From Vicugna vicugna (lineage: Eukaryota), in contig MU058456.1 in assembly GCA_013265495.1 (NCBI GenBank), positions 62,001 through 126,000 on the forward strand: 64,000 bases of DNA, given 5' to 3'. Shown in pieces: positions 12,571 to 24,731 of this stretch (position 1 is the first letter of the stretch; each line of letters begins with the position of its first letter). The notes under the pieces are model-generated. The model did not search any database, was not told the origin of the DNA, and saw only the letters and a program-made list of their open reading frames with translations. A program made the translations under genes and the position numbers.

Positions 12571-13790
12571 ACCCCTGCCCCAGTATATAGTGAACAATAT
12601 CAGAAATTAGGAAGATTATTCCTGAATGCCAAATTTTGAATGAAGTAATGTATATATTACCATGTTACTTTTTGTGAGGAACTGCACAGAATCACATATC
12701 TATAGTTTTTTTGTTAGATCTCTTTAGGAATCCTTCTGGTAGCAAAGCAAGCCTAAGAAGGGAGGGGAAATCATCTTAGTCCTGGAAGTAGACTTTGTTG
12801 GAACTGCTTCGCCCTGCTTGCATTTCCATATATACCACAAAAGTACGTCAGTAGGGTTACCCAGGAATTTGAACCACTTTGCACAAACAAAAACACTAAT
12901 TCATTTAATGTTAAGCAACTCCACAAATCAGTTAAAAAGTTCTTGAGCCTAGCAGTAAAAACAAAGAAAAAGCCAAATCTAAAGCTTCATTCCCATTGAT
13001 AATATTTCATTTCATGGCATTCTTAGTTTGGATATGAGATTAAAAAAGAGAAAGAAGTCCAAAACAAGGAATAAAAATAAATGATAATTATGCTGCTTTT
13101 GCACAAGTAATGAAACTGACCATATTTGGGTATTCCAGGAATTTTAGTTTTCTATTAGCTAATTTTAGGTACTTTTAATCCCTTTTGTTTTGAGTAGGTA
13201 TTCTTGTTTTCTTTCAATGGGCAGAAAATAAGTTGTGATTTTTTTCTGTTTTCTCTACAGACTTCTATAAGGTGATATATAATAGTCAAATACTTTAATT
13301 TTTTTAAGCTTTGGTTTTTGTTGTTTTTTTTTCTTTTTAGTTACCTAATAAGCAAAAAACTCACTATTGTTAAATCTTTAATATTATATCAGAGATAGGA
13401 TATGTAAGTGTTGAGTTTATGTTAAATTTTCAATTTTTGTTATTTTTTTAAATTTTCATTAATTTTGATGTAGAAGATATCTTATAATCATTTTACTTAG
13501 TAAAGCTATATTGTATGTCATGTTTAATGCAAAAATGTAATTACATGCCATCAGTATAGTCATTTTTTACCAAACTATTTCCCTCTTTCTGTTTTAAATT
13601 ACCCTCCTCATCCCAATACATAATGAACAATATTGGAATTAGGAAGATTTCTGAATGCCAGAACTTGGATGAAATAATTTATATATTACTGTGTTACTTT
13701 TTGTAGGACACTGCACAAAATCACTAATCTATAGTGTTTTGATTGCTGGATTCTCTTCAGGAATCCTTTGGTAACAAAACAAGACAAATC
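12571..13790 (+). repeat. Diverged ~190-bp direct repeat pair (12571-12755 and 13601-13790)
   Basis: Collinear shared blocks: tgaacaatat, aattaggaagatt, ctgaatgcca, tatatattac, tgttactttttgt, actgcaca, atctatagt, aggaatcctt. Confidence 0.9.
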
Positions 13791-14003
13791 AGCTTTAGGG
13801 AAGAAAAGATACATGATTGGTATTATAAAGAAATGTTCAACACACAGCCTAGCTGTTAGTACAGAATTTATAGCTGCTGGGATTGACCAGTCTTGATTTA
13901 CCTAAAGGAACATATCTCATAAAGAAAATTATGAGCAAGTAATAGTTTTTCATATGTAATTACAGTAAAATATAGTGGGGTTTTGTTTTTTGTTTTTCTC
14001 TAG

Positions 14004-14125
14004 TTATGTTCATATCAGATAATGAAAGTTTTAACCCTTCATTATGGGAGGAACAGAGAAAACAGCGGGCTCAAGTGGCATTTGAATGTGATGAAGACAA
14101 AGATGAGAGAGAGGCACCTCCCAGG
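14004..14125 (+). CDS. ERBIN: ERBIN coding exon, 122 nt (VMFISDNESFNPSLWEEQRKQRAQVAFECDEDKDEREAPPR)
   Basis: ctctag|TT...AGG|gtgagt; phase 1 to 0; ORF 14006..14191. Confidence 0.97.
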
Positions 14126-14627
14126 GTGAGTCTGACCTTTTTTCGTTCAGATTTGAGAGAGGTCTGCTGGTATTTATTAGGTACTGTGTAGCTAGTCTGT
14201 GTTATTTTGGGGGATACAAAGAAGTACTGGTTTCATTCCTTGCCTTCAATGCACTTGAAATTTTACTGATCCAATACATTTATCATGTGAAAGAATTTGA
14301 GAACAATATAAAATTGTGTGATTAAAAGTCAAATTTCATACTATGCATAAACATAAGAGAAAAACAGATGATTGTTTTCTGCCTTTCCTTTCTTTAATGA
14401 TTTATTTATATGTACTATAGGGATAAAGAACTCTTTAATAGGAATGTTTTGTTTCTTTATGAAGACACTGTGTCGCAGTGACAGAAACAGCAAGTACACA
14501 TTTCCAAGTTACTTATGGATGTGATTATCTTCCCCTTATATAATAAAACTAGCTGAATCCCAGAAGATGACAATTAGGCTGACCTTGGAAGTGTCTGGTT
14601 CTTAACACATAAGATATAATGCAGGCA

Positions 14628-14793
14628 AGGGGGGTGGGTATATAGCTCAGTGGTAGAGCTCATGCTCAACCTGCATGAGGTCCTGGGTTCAATCCTCAGT
14701 ACCTCCTCTAAAAATAAATAAATAAATAAACCTTATTACCTTCCCCCAAAATAAGTAAATAAAAATAAATTGTACAAAGAAATTTTTTAAAAA
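14628..14793 (+). mobile_element. Vic-1-like SINE
   Basis: A and B boxes; perfect 17-bp TSD AAGATATAATGCAGGCA (14611-14627, 14794-14810); TTTTTT before the A tail. Confidence 0.93.
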
Positions 14794-15157
14794 AAGATAT
14801 AATGCAGGCATTTTTTATGTGTTTGGATAACTATCTAGCTGGAAAACACATACCTGTTTAAAAACCAGGTGACAATGTTGCCAATATCCACACCATGTAT
14901 CTCTAAATGGAATACGTTTAAGTCAGCTGAAAAAAAGGTTTTAAAACACTAAAAATCTGTAACTGTGAAGTTTGACTGTCAATAAAACCGTACTTTTATT
15001 GAGTTTAAAATGCTTTCAGAGGCCTATCATCTATCTTCACAGTTATTCCTATGCACTAGATATGCAATGTAATTAAGATGGATTATAGATTAAATTTTGA
15101 GGTTGACATTAGAAGTATTTATCTATATTTTAATTTTCACTTATTCTCTTTTTCTAG

Positions 15158-15331
15158 GAGGGAAATTTAAAGAGATATCCAACCCCATACCCAGATGAAC
15201 TTAAAAATATGGTCAAAACTGTTCAAACCATTGTACATAGATTAAAAGATGAAGAGAGTAATGAAGACTCTGGGAAAGATTTGAAACCTCATGAAGATCA
15301 GCAAGTTGTAAATAATGATGTGGGTGTAAAG
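15158..15331 (+). CDS. ERBIN: ERBIN coding exon, 174 nt ([20 protein letters not shown]...NNDVGVK)
   Basis: ttctag|GAG...AAG|gttaga; phase 0 to 0. Confidence 0.96.
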
Positions 15332-16130
15332 GTTAGAAAACTCAATTCAAAACCATTGGCCAAAACCTATTTCAAGTTCTGTAAAATTTTAAAATGATAA
15401 TTGATATAGTGATCCTTTTTGTATGCACTAAAATGTACTCCCACATTTAAGGGGATGTTCTCCAATACCTGAGCTAAAAGCTGTAGTAACTCCCTAACTG
15501 GCTATTGTTACCACTTCAGTGTAGTTACAGACTATCCAGATGGGCGTGGGAGTGTCAACATGTACTTTGAAAAACCATTGTCTGAAGGAAGAATTAGATA
15601 ACACATACCAGAAAATTCGTTGTTTTGGAAATGCCTTTTCCCTTGGTAATATTGATCTAGTCTACCCAGTTCTAATTTTAAATGTATTGCTGTGGCAGAT
15701 TATCAGCATTTCGTTGGAATATTTCAGAAATTTACACAAACCCCTAAACTGTATGTTCCTTTAATGGACTTTTTCTACCACATTGTGTCACAGAAACAGA
15801 AGTTTTATCATGTCACTAGAGTCATTATGCATTCTATAATGAGCAGAAAAAAAATTAACCTGAGTTTGAGCATGCTGAGCTGACTCAGTTATAAACATCA
15901 GCTTTGCAACTTTTAAGATAAAATGTAATTTCATCTAATCAGCTGAATTTAAAGTTTAATGTGGCTCATGGACCTTTGGGACCACCTGTTCCCCAAATGA
16001 GCATTTTATCTGTGAGTGCTAGACATTTCTATGTTTCAGGTTTCTTCAATTTATCTAGACTAGGAAAATACTAAATTACTTCTAAATTTTCATCTAAACT
16101 TTAATACAAGGTTTATTTTCTTTTACTTAG

Positions 16131-16316
16131 ACTTCAGAAAGTACCACTCCAGTAAGAAGCAAGGCTGATGAAAGAGAAAAGTATATGATAGGAAACTCTA
16201 ATCAGAAGACCAATGAACCTGAAGCTGAGATCAGTCCTGGGAATCCACCAGTGACTGCAAATATGAAAGCCTCTGAGAACTTGAAGCATATTGTTAATCA
16301 TGATGATGTTTTTGAG
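16131..16316 (+). CDS. ERBIN: ERBIN coding exon, 186 nt (TSESTTPVRSK...HIVNHDDVFE)
   Basis: acttag|ACT...GAG|gtatgg; phase 0 to 0. Confidence 0.95.
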
Positions 16317-16749
16317 GTATGGCTTCATGATTATTCTGGGGCAGTCATAACTGATAAGAATTTAATATTTCATTTGTTGTTCTCAAGGTAGGAGAAACCT
16401 GATACTGATAGAAAATACGCTAATGCATTTGCCATTGAGAAATTTTATAATTGCTATATTACTCATTTATCACTTTAAGCTTAAACATTTGAGTACAATG
16501 GGTATAAGATTTTTACTGTATAAATTGGTTTGTGGCAGTTCTTTTCTAATTCTGTAAACTACAGAATAGCAATTGCTTTTATTTCTACAACTTAAAAATG
16601 AAAAAAGAAAATGAAAAGGTTGCCATAGGTGTACTTTAATTATTTGACTTATTTAAGCATTTATCATTGATTGTGAAGTATTTTTTTCCTGACTATCTTG
16701 AGACTTTTTTTAAAGAGATTTTTCTGGTGGATCAATAAAAACTAACTTA

Positions 16750-17455
16750 AAAAAAAACAGCTTTATTGAGATATAACTCATATACTATATTATTCACCCA
16801 TTTAAATAAGAGGTACAGTTTAATGGCTTTTAGTATACTGAAAGTTGTGCAGCCCTCACCACAGTCAGTTTTATGACATTTTCATTACCCTGAAAAGAAA
16901 GCCTGTACTTTCTCAGTTGTCTCCCTACAACTTCTCCAACCCCCTACCCTGCAGTCCTAGACAACTAGTAATCTGCTTTATCTGCCTCCATAGGTTTGGC
17001 TCTTCTTGGCGTTTCATGTGAATGTTTTTGTTTTTATAGATGTATAGTCAGTTTACAGTGTTGTATCACATTTAATATAAATGTTATCATACAATATGTG
17101 GTCTTTGTGACTGCTTTTCTCACTTAGTGTAATGTCATCAAGGTTATCCATGTTGTAGCATGTATCAGTACTTCATCCATTTTTTAAATGTCTGAACAAT
17201 ATTCCATTGTAATCACCAATAATGAACGTTTGATTTATTTCCACATTTTGGCTGTAATGAATAAGACTTCTTTGAATATTTGTATACAAGTTTTTGTGTG
17301 GATGTATATTTTCTTTTCTCATGGGTGTATTCCTCAGTAGAATTGCTAGGTCAGAGAAAACTCTATGGATCATAGTGAGTCTATGTTTAAGTGTTTGAGA
17401 AACTGCCAGACAGTTTTCCAAAAGTGATTGTACCATTTTACCTTCCCCTCGTACA
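16750..17455 (-). mobile_element. Old L1 (L1MB/MC-like) 3' end
   Basis: cagctttattgagatataactcatatac start and end-of-ORF2 remnant (ORF 17173..17553 - resembles the L1 ORF2 C-terminus). Confidence 0.8.
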
Positions 17456-17529
17456 CTGCTGGAGGTAATGTAAAATGGTAAAGCTATAACCTTTGAAAAT
17501 GAAATTCTGAAGTGTTTTTTATTTATAGC

Positions 17530-17719
17530 TGTATTGCCCACTATGGTATCCACTAGCTACAAGTGGCTTTTTAAAGTAATAAAATTAAAAATTGAGCTGC
17601 TAAGTTACACCAGCTATGTTTTGGATACCCGGTAGCCACATTTGGTTGGTTAGTGGCTACCATGTTGAACTACACAGATAATTTCCATCATTACAGAAAG
17701 TTATACTGGAGAGCACTGG
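17530..17719 (-). mobile_element. MER3-like hAT MITE
   Basis: Internal palindromes (tagccaca...tagtggctac) and terminus atttccatcattacagaaagtt...gagcactg. Confidence 0.7.
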
Positions 17720-17949
17720 TGTATAAAAAGAGTGGTATTGTGGGTTTATAATAGCATCTTTATTCTGGAGAATTCAGAGTATATCATCTATCTTCAAGGT
17801 TATCCTGTAAGCTAGTTTCTACTACAGGAAAAAACTCGTGGGTTTTGAATGTACTAAATGAATCACATCATTCAATACACTGTTATATATACATTGAACC
17901 TAATATAGTCTATGAAAAAGTTATTAGGATTGTCCCAGTGAACTTACTA

Positions 17950-19560
17950 ACACTGCTTTAGTGTAATTTATATTGTAAGGCCCTGCTTTTGGGCTATGGT
18001 GGCAGAATGGATAAATGAATGTATAGAATATAATCAAGGTTAGAGTGTGCTAAGTATGTAAGAAGGTACTAATAAAAACATTAGGTGCTACAACAATTTA
18101 GAAAAGAGATATTTTCTGGCTACAAAGAACTAAGGATGCTTTAAGGTGAAGGAGGCATTTTACCTGTGTTTTGAAATGTTTGTATTAGTAGAAGTTGGAG
18201 AACTTAATGAAATAATGAGAAATGATGAGAGCCAAAGAATAGGATTTAGAAAATATGGAAAAGAGTACATTCACTCTGACTGAATATGTCAGGGGTGATA
18301 GTATATGAAATAAAATTAGTAGAGTAGATTCTGAATTCTACTAATTCTAATGAAATCAGTAGATCCTGATTCTGAAGCCCTTAAAAGCTATGGTAAGACA
18401 TTTGGATTTAATGTTCTATACTATATCATTTAGGGAGCCACTGAAAACGTTGTAGCCGAGCATTACTTGTGATAGAGCTATGTATTAGAGGTATCTGGCA
18501 ACAGCAGCTGAATTCTCCAAGTTTGAGGGCTTTTGAATAACAATAGTAGAAATCGTGGACTAGAAGTTAGTTGCAAGAAAATTACAGATACTAGATGCGA
18601 CTGTCCTTGACTATAAGGAATAGAGAAGAGGGAACAATTACATAACTATGCCTGAATAGGATGATGATGCCATTAACAGAAATAGTGGTATTAAGAGAAC
18701 AGACAGGCTTGGAAGGACAAATTTGTTTTTAGATATGTGGAATTTGAACACTTGATAAAGACCATCAGATAGACTCATTCAATAAATAGTTGGAAATATG
18801 GATCGTTAGCTCAAAAGGTAAAGCAAAGCTAGCTTATAAATTGGAGAATTTTCTACATTAAACAAAATCACGGAGAAAGGAAAAAAAATATGAACTAACT
18901 GCAGAAGATTAATTGACATGAGCAAGGAAACAGAAAGGTGGGAGGAGGTTTAGGAGACTAAAGTTCCAAGAAGCCCAGGTATAATACGGCTTCACAAAGG
19001 AGAAAGTTTGGTCAGCAGTTTAAATGCTGCAGATGTATCAACGATTAAGATAGACCATTTGCCCCTCTTCGTTCCGGTCATCTCATTCTTTGCATTCATT
19101 CTGTCAGTCAAGTCTTGTTAATTGCAAATTTTCTGTCTGATTCTTTTTTTTTCTTTACTGGCTATCACTGCCACTGCCTAAGGACAGGTGGAGTCTTTTT
19201 TCTTCAGAACTGTTACATAGCTAGATTGCTTTCCAGCAGTCTCTTTCTCTTTCTGTACATTTTTAATACCAGAGTTACATTTTAAAAGTTAATCCCATCT
19301 TGTGAGTTCCTGGCTTGGCAACTTTCAGGCCAACACATGAGCTCGTACCCAGAGCATAACCTTTTACCCTGCAATCCAGTCTACCTTTTCTCTCTCTCCT
19401 GCCTCTTTTATCCCAAGTTCCAGCTGCATGAAGCTGACTTGCCATACCTTATTTCCATGTTTTCCTCTACTCAGAATGTCATTTCCCTCTTAACTCACCT
19501 TTGAAGACTAAACCCCATTTACATTCTTTCCCTCATCTACTACTTAACAGTCTAACTCTT
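17950..19560. mobile_element. Degenerate L2 fragments, minus then plus orientation
   Basis: Purine-rich to pyrimidine-rich switch at ~19050 with L2-like motifs. Confidence 0.5.
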
Positions 19561-19582
19561 TCTTTTGTAACACAATCTTGAA

Positions 19583-19900
19583 CAGGGTTGGCACACTCTG
19601 GCCTGTGGCCCAAATCTGGCCCACCGCCTATTTTTGTATGGCTTACAAGCTGAGAACAGCTTTTACATTATTAAGTGGTTGAATAAAAGTCAAAAGAAAA
19701 AGTGTATTATGTGAAATGTGAAAAATTAGATGAAATCCAGCTTTACTGGCACACAGCCATAGTAATTTGTTTACATATTGTCTTTGGCTACTTGTATACA
19801 CAGTAGCAGAATTGGTTGGTTGAAACAGAGGCTGTCTGACTCGCAAAGTGTTAAAATATTTACTGTCTAATATTCTAACTGAGATAGTTTTCTGACTCCA
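19583..19900 (+). mobile_element. MER58(B)-like hAT MITE
   Basis: cagggttggcacactctggcctgtggcccaaatctggcccaccgcctattttt...ttttctgactcc. Confidence 0.8.
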
Positions 19901-20676
19901 AACCACTTACTTATTATGGCAGATAAAGCACGTAGAAGCCTTAGTGCTTTTAATAGAACACCTTTTTAAGACCTTTTATTTTCATCATATTAACTAGGAA
20001 TAATTTAACCTATAGAAGATCTGATTTTTATATACAATATATACAGTGTTAAAATTTTTCTGTTAACACTTGTTGACCATGGGGTCTTTTTTCTTCTTCT
20101 TCTGTCTAATAGCACTCAATGGTAGATAACCCAAGACAATTGCCAAATTATCAGAGAAAAAAAATCATGTAGAATAATTTTAAAAATTCTGTCTTCAGAT
20201 TGGGCAAAAATTGACATTATTTCATTTGGTGGAAGAACGCCTCAGTCCTTGTGATTCCTTGGAACCCAGAGATCCTTGAGGAAATAAGTTTGAGAATTAG
20301 GAATAGACTTTTTGTTAGAGTACCTTTGCTAAACTGAGTTTTTCAATGAGCAGGGATTATGTTTTGTTCATTTCTGTTTCTCTGACATTTGACATAGTAC
20401 CAGGCACATACTGATCATTAATACAGTTGAATTAAGGACCACCACAGAAAATTATACCTTAGGTACTTTGGCGTACTGTTAATAATTTCCATAGTTTTAC
20501 TCCAGTGTCTTGAAAATTTTAAATCACGTGCTAGTTTTAGTCACTATTACTGTAATAAAGGTTTTATATGTGTTCTAAGTATTCTTTTCTCTTTGAAATT
20601 CTTGGGACTTAATATTTATTCACTTAAACCAAAATTTATTTTTATAAATATTTTCCTTCTTTTTTCTTTAAATTAG

Positions 20677-20791
20677 GAATCTGAAGAACTGTCTTCTGAT
20701 GAAGAGATGAAAATGGCAGAGATGCGGCCACCATTAATTGAAAGTTCTATTAACCAACCCAAAGTGGTAGCACTTAGTAATAACAAAAAAG
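20677..20791 (+). CDS. ERBIN: ERBIN coding exon, 115 nt (ESEELSSDEEMKMAEMRPPLIESSINQPKVVALSNNKK)
   Basis: aattag|GAA...G|gttaga; phase 0 to 1. Confidence 0.96.
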
Positions 20792-21669
20792 GTTAGATTT
20801 AAAGGAAAGCACTAAGAATAGAAATAACCTGAATAAAATTTAGTAATTTTTTAGAATAAATTTCATTAAATGTCGTCATGTTATTTGAAACACTTTTTAG
20901 TAATAATTTTTAAAACATGCCTTTCTAAAAGATCTATTCCTTATTGCTTGTGTTTTTAAAGAAAAATCTTGGTGGATCTTTTCTCTTTCCTCGTTCATGC
21001 AAGTTTACTTATGAGGCATGGACTTTATAGGCAAATCAGCCTAGATTATGATTCTGTCTCTCCACTTGTTTGCTATATGATCTTTGAGCTACTGAATTTT
21101 ATCCATGTGTGTAGGTCTAGTTAGACATGCAGCGAGGCTATTGCAGGATTTTGTGAATATTAAATGTATTGGATTGTTGAGTGTATTCAGATATAGCACA
21201 GTACCTGATGTAGTGCAGATGCTTGTTTTCTTGTCTATCCCGGAACTTTTTTTTTTTTAACACACCTCCCCTATCCCAGCCACTCATACCACAGAATCTC
21301 AGACTCTTAGAAATGAAAGAAAACTTGAAGAGTATCAATCACTTCCTTTTATCCTTCCCTCAGTCCTTCCCACCAAATGCCTGAACATATCTACATTATC
21401 TCCACCAGAGATTTATCTATCCTTTGCCTTTATGGCATTAATGAAACTTACTGTCAAGTTGGTCTTTAAAGGATAGCTTGGAGTTTCATAAGAATAATGG
21501 TAGTGATATTTTTTGAGTACTTCCTAATTGTTACTCACTAAGAGTTTACATGTTATTATCTAATTGTCACAATTGTCCCATGATAAGGAGGTAGAAGAAG
21601 AGGAATATATCTAGGAAAGAACTTAAGTGCCATATTACTTAACAGTATTTTAAGCATGCAGAATCCAAG

Positions 21670-21833
21670 GTAGGAGAAGGTATATAGCTCAGTGGTAGAA
21701 TGTGTGCTTAGTATGCTCAAGGTCCTGGGTTCAATTCCCCAATACCTCCATTAAAATAAATAAAAAATAAATAAACCTAATTACCTCCCCCCAAAACAAA
21801 ACAGACAAAAAAATGAATTTAAAGAAAAGAATT
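21670..21833 (+). mobile_element. Vic-1-like SINE
   Basis: A and B boxes, aaataaacctaattacctccccc; TSD core CAGAATCCAAG at 21659-21669 and 21834-21844. Confidence 0.92.
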
Positions 21834-22767
21834 CAGAATCCAAGACCCAAATACCTTAAAGTTGAAGTTACAGAGCCCCAGGAGCTACTGTTTTCAGCTG
21901 TGTAGCACAGTTGTGTCAGTTGTGTATACACAATCGACTACTTCAACTGAGATATTTGGAACAGCAAAAATATCCTTGATTCATAGAATCTCCTTTGACT
22001 GTGTCTTTATGTAGTATTCCTATGATTTGGCTAGAATTGAGTTAAAAATAGCTTTTAGTGTGGTAAAGATTTTAAGTTACCTTTTTATCAGTACTTAAAA
22101 AATAGTACTTTTTATACTACCTACCTATAATGGAATATGAGTATTGTCTATTTCTGTTTATTCAGTTATTATGAAACCATCTAACATATTGAGAGTTCAC
22201 TCAGTTCACTATTTACATACATTCTTTGAAATGACTTAAAAACTAAAGAGAATTGACTTTGTGAAAATTTCTTGAATTGTTTGGTGTTTGTTCTTTGATT
22301 GACTGCACTGCTCATTTTGATTGTCAGAAAAGATGAAAATGATTCCATGCATGTATGAAATAATTTCTACCCCAGATAAGTTTACCAACGCTGTGAACTG
22401 TACTATGACTTTTTAACACTGTAAATGTGTGGCAAAGCATATTTTCTAAAACTAACTGATGACCTTATAAAACAATGTGTGGAATCATCTTGTCAGTAGT
22501 TAAAACTAAACAAATTCTGAGTACCTCTCACATTGGTCATATTTTTAAAAAACGAGGTATCACTAAAAAAAAACCACTAAAGGTATCACTTTTAAAATTT
22601 TTTAATCTTTGTATGTCTTAGAATTGAATTTTGAGAGTGCACTCTGGTTATCTTATTATCCTTATAATTCTTTACCTTCTATATTGAACCAGGACAGTAT
22701 AAAATGCCATTCGTCATCACTGGGAATTCTTCGTGGCTTTATCAAAGCTAAGGTTTTTTTGTTTCAG

Positions 22768-22951
22768 ATGATACAAAGGATACAGATTCTTTATCAGATG
22801 AAGTTACACATAATAGCAATCAGAATAACAGCAACTGTTCTTCTCCATCTCGGATGTCTGATTCAGTTTCTCTAAATACTGACAGCAGTCAAGATACCTC
22901 ACTGTGCTCTCCAGTGAAACAGACTCATATTGGTATTAATTCCAAAATCAG
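22768..22951 (+). CDS. ERBIN: ERBIN coding exon, 184 nt (DDTKDTDSLSDEVTHNSNQNNSNCSSPSRMSDSVSL...NSKIR)
   Basis: tttcag|AT...AG|gtttgt; phase 1 to 2. Confidence 0.96.
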
Positions 22952-24731
22952 GTTTGTGAACATCTTAACAAAACAGTTTATTTGTATAATAAATAAAGAT
23001 GGTAAGGCAAATAAATATATAGGACTAAAACATAAAAGATTTCACAAATTAATATACAAATGATTCAGGTATTATGTGGTTTCTTCCCCATTTTACTGCT
23101 AATTATTTAGCTTTTATACATTTCCATTTTAAATTAGTCTTTTAAATGAGGGAGAAAAGATTTAAAATCTACTCAATTCTCTTCATTAAAAGATTGAACA
23201 GTTTTATAATTTTTCTGGTCATTACCGTATAAACAGCCTGTTTGGAATGATTCAAGTTGAAGTGGGTATTTTTAGAGTTAGAAATGCAGTCACTTTGGGG
23301 GATACCATTAAAGGGTTCAGTCAGATATTTCTGTGTAGTGCTGTGTCTTTGGCTTAGACTTAAATTTGTAGGTCAAACTCTCTGAAACAAGGTTTACTTC
23401 CTGTAGGCTTGAATTTGGCTGAAGTTTAAAACAATTTTGTCATACGGCTCTCAAGAAATTTTGTTATCAAAGTTACACTATTACCATTTGACCTTGATGT
23501 TAATTTATCAGCTAGAGTGCTTGAAAGAAAGATCTGGGTTACTACTGAACCCAAGTTTATTGTATGAATATTGTTAACTATTTTTTAGAGTTAAGTTGTT
23601 CTTAAATTCCAGGCATATTTCAGGCAAATTTTTCTGTTGTTGATTTGCATTGCTTTAAAAGGAAGATGAATTTTATGTCTTAAAATAAGCTTAACTATTA
23701 TGTGGTTGTAGTTATAACTAATCATTTATATCCTCTGAATTTGAAGCTGAGATCCAGTGTGGTAAAATATTAATTTTATACCCCCTTAGATATTAAGACA
23801 GTGATTGATTTGTTGAGTAATAAAATTTTACTGATACTGTAGGGAAATAGTTTAGTACTTTTTAAATCATGGTTTTTTTGTAATGAAATAAAAGCTAAGA
23901 AAGGGATATAGCCATACCTTTTTTTGGTGTATTTCTAATAATATTATCTGTTACCTAATGGGAAGATCAATATTAAAGATTATTTGTTGAAACATAACTC
24001 GAATATTTACACGAGAGGACACAAATATGTTTTCTTATCACCTAGTAGAAATATATCTTCTAATTTTGGGATGCTACATTTATAAATATTTGCCAAATAC
24101 AATGTAGTCAAATAGAATGATTACATTCAGCTTCTTTTTTGATCTTCATATTTTGTAGGTCTTTGAGCGATTGTTTAGTTCTTTGTATAATTTCCTTATA
24201 TATATATATATGTTTGAATGTAATAATATCTACTTAGTTAACATGATTAATTCTGATTAATAATGTAAAGTTTTGGAATTATTTATGTAATATCCCATGC
24301 TCTTTACTCAAGTGCCTAGCTTACTGGCTTTTCTTTCATATATCTGCCCATCTTTCAAGGATTTCACGTTTTAGTGCATTAATGAAAAGAGGCAGCAATA
24401 GAAGAGAATTATTTCATTACATAATCTTGTATTTTTCATTGTTTAGCCCTATTTGTGATGAAGTGGTTGATATTGATGAAAATTTATCTATAAATTTTAA
24501 TTAGCGTGTTTAACTTGTCTCCACTTAATATAAATATATATTATTTGACTCTTACAATATTTTTAAAATTACATGCTTGATAATAAATAAATGCCTTTTA
24601 TCTGTGAGTCCCATCAACACTTATCTTTGTATACCTACACACGAGCTAATGAGCTAATGAGCTAGTAATGCTCCCCGTTACTAAGAAAACTGGGGTTTAT
24701 GATGTTTGTGATAAAATTATCTTTGTTTTAG

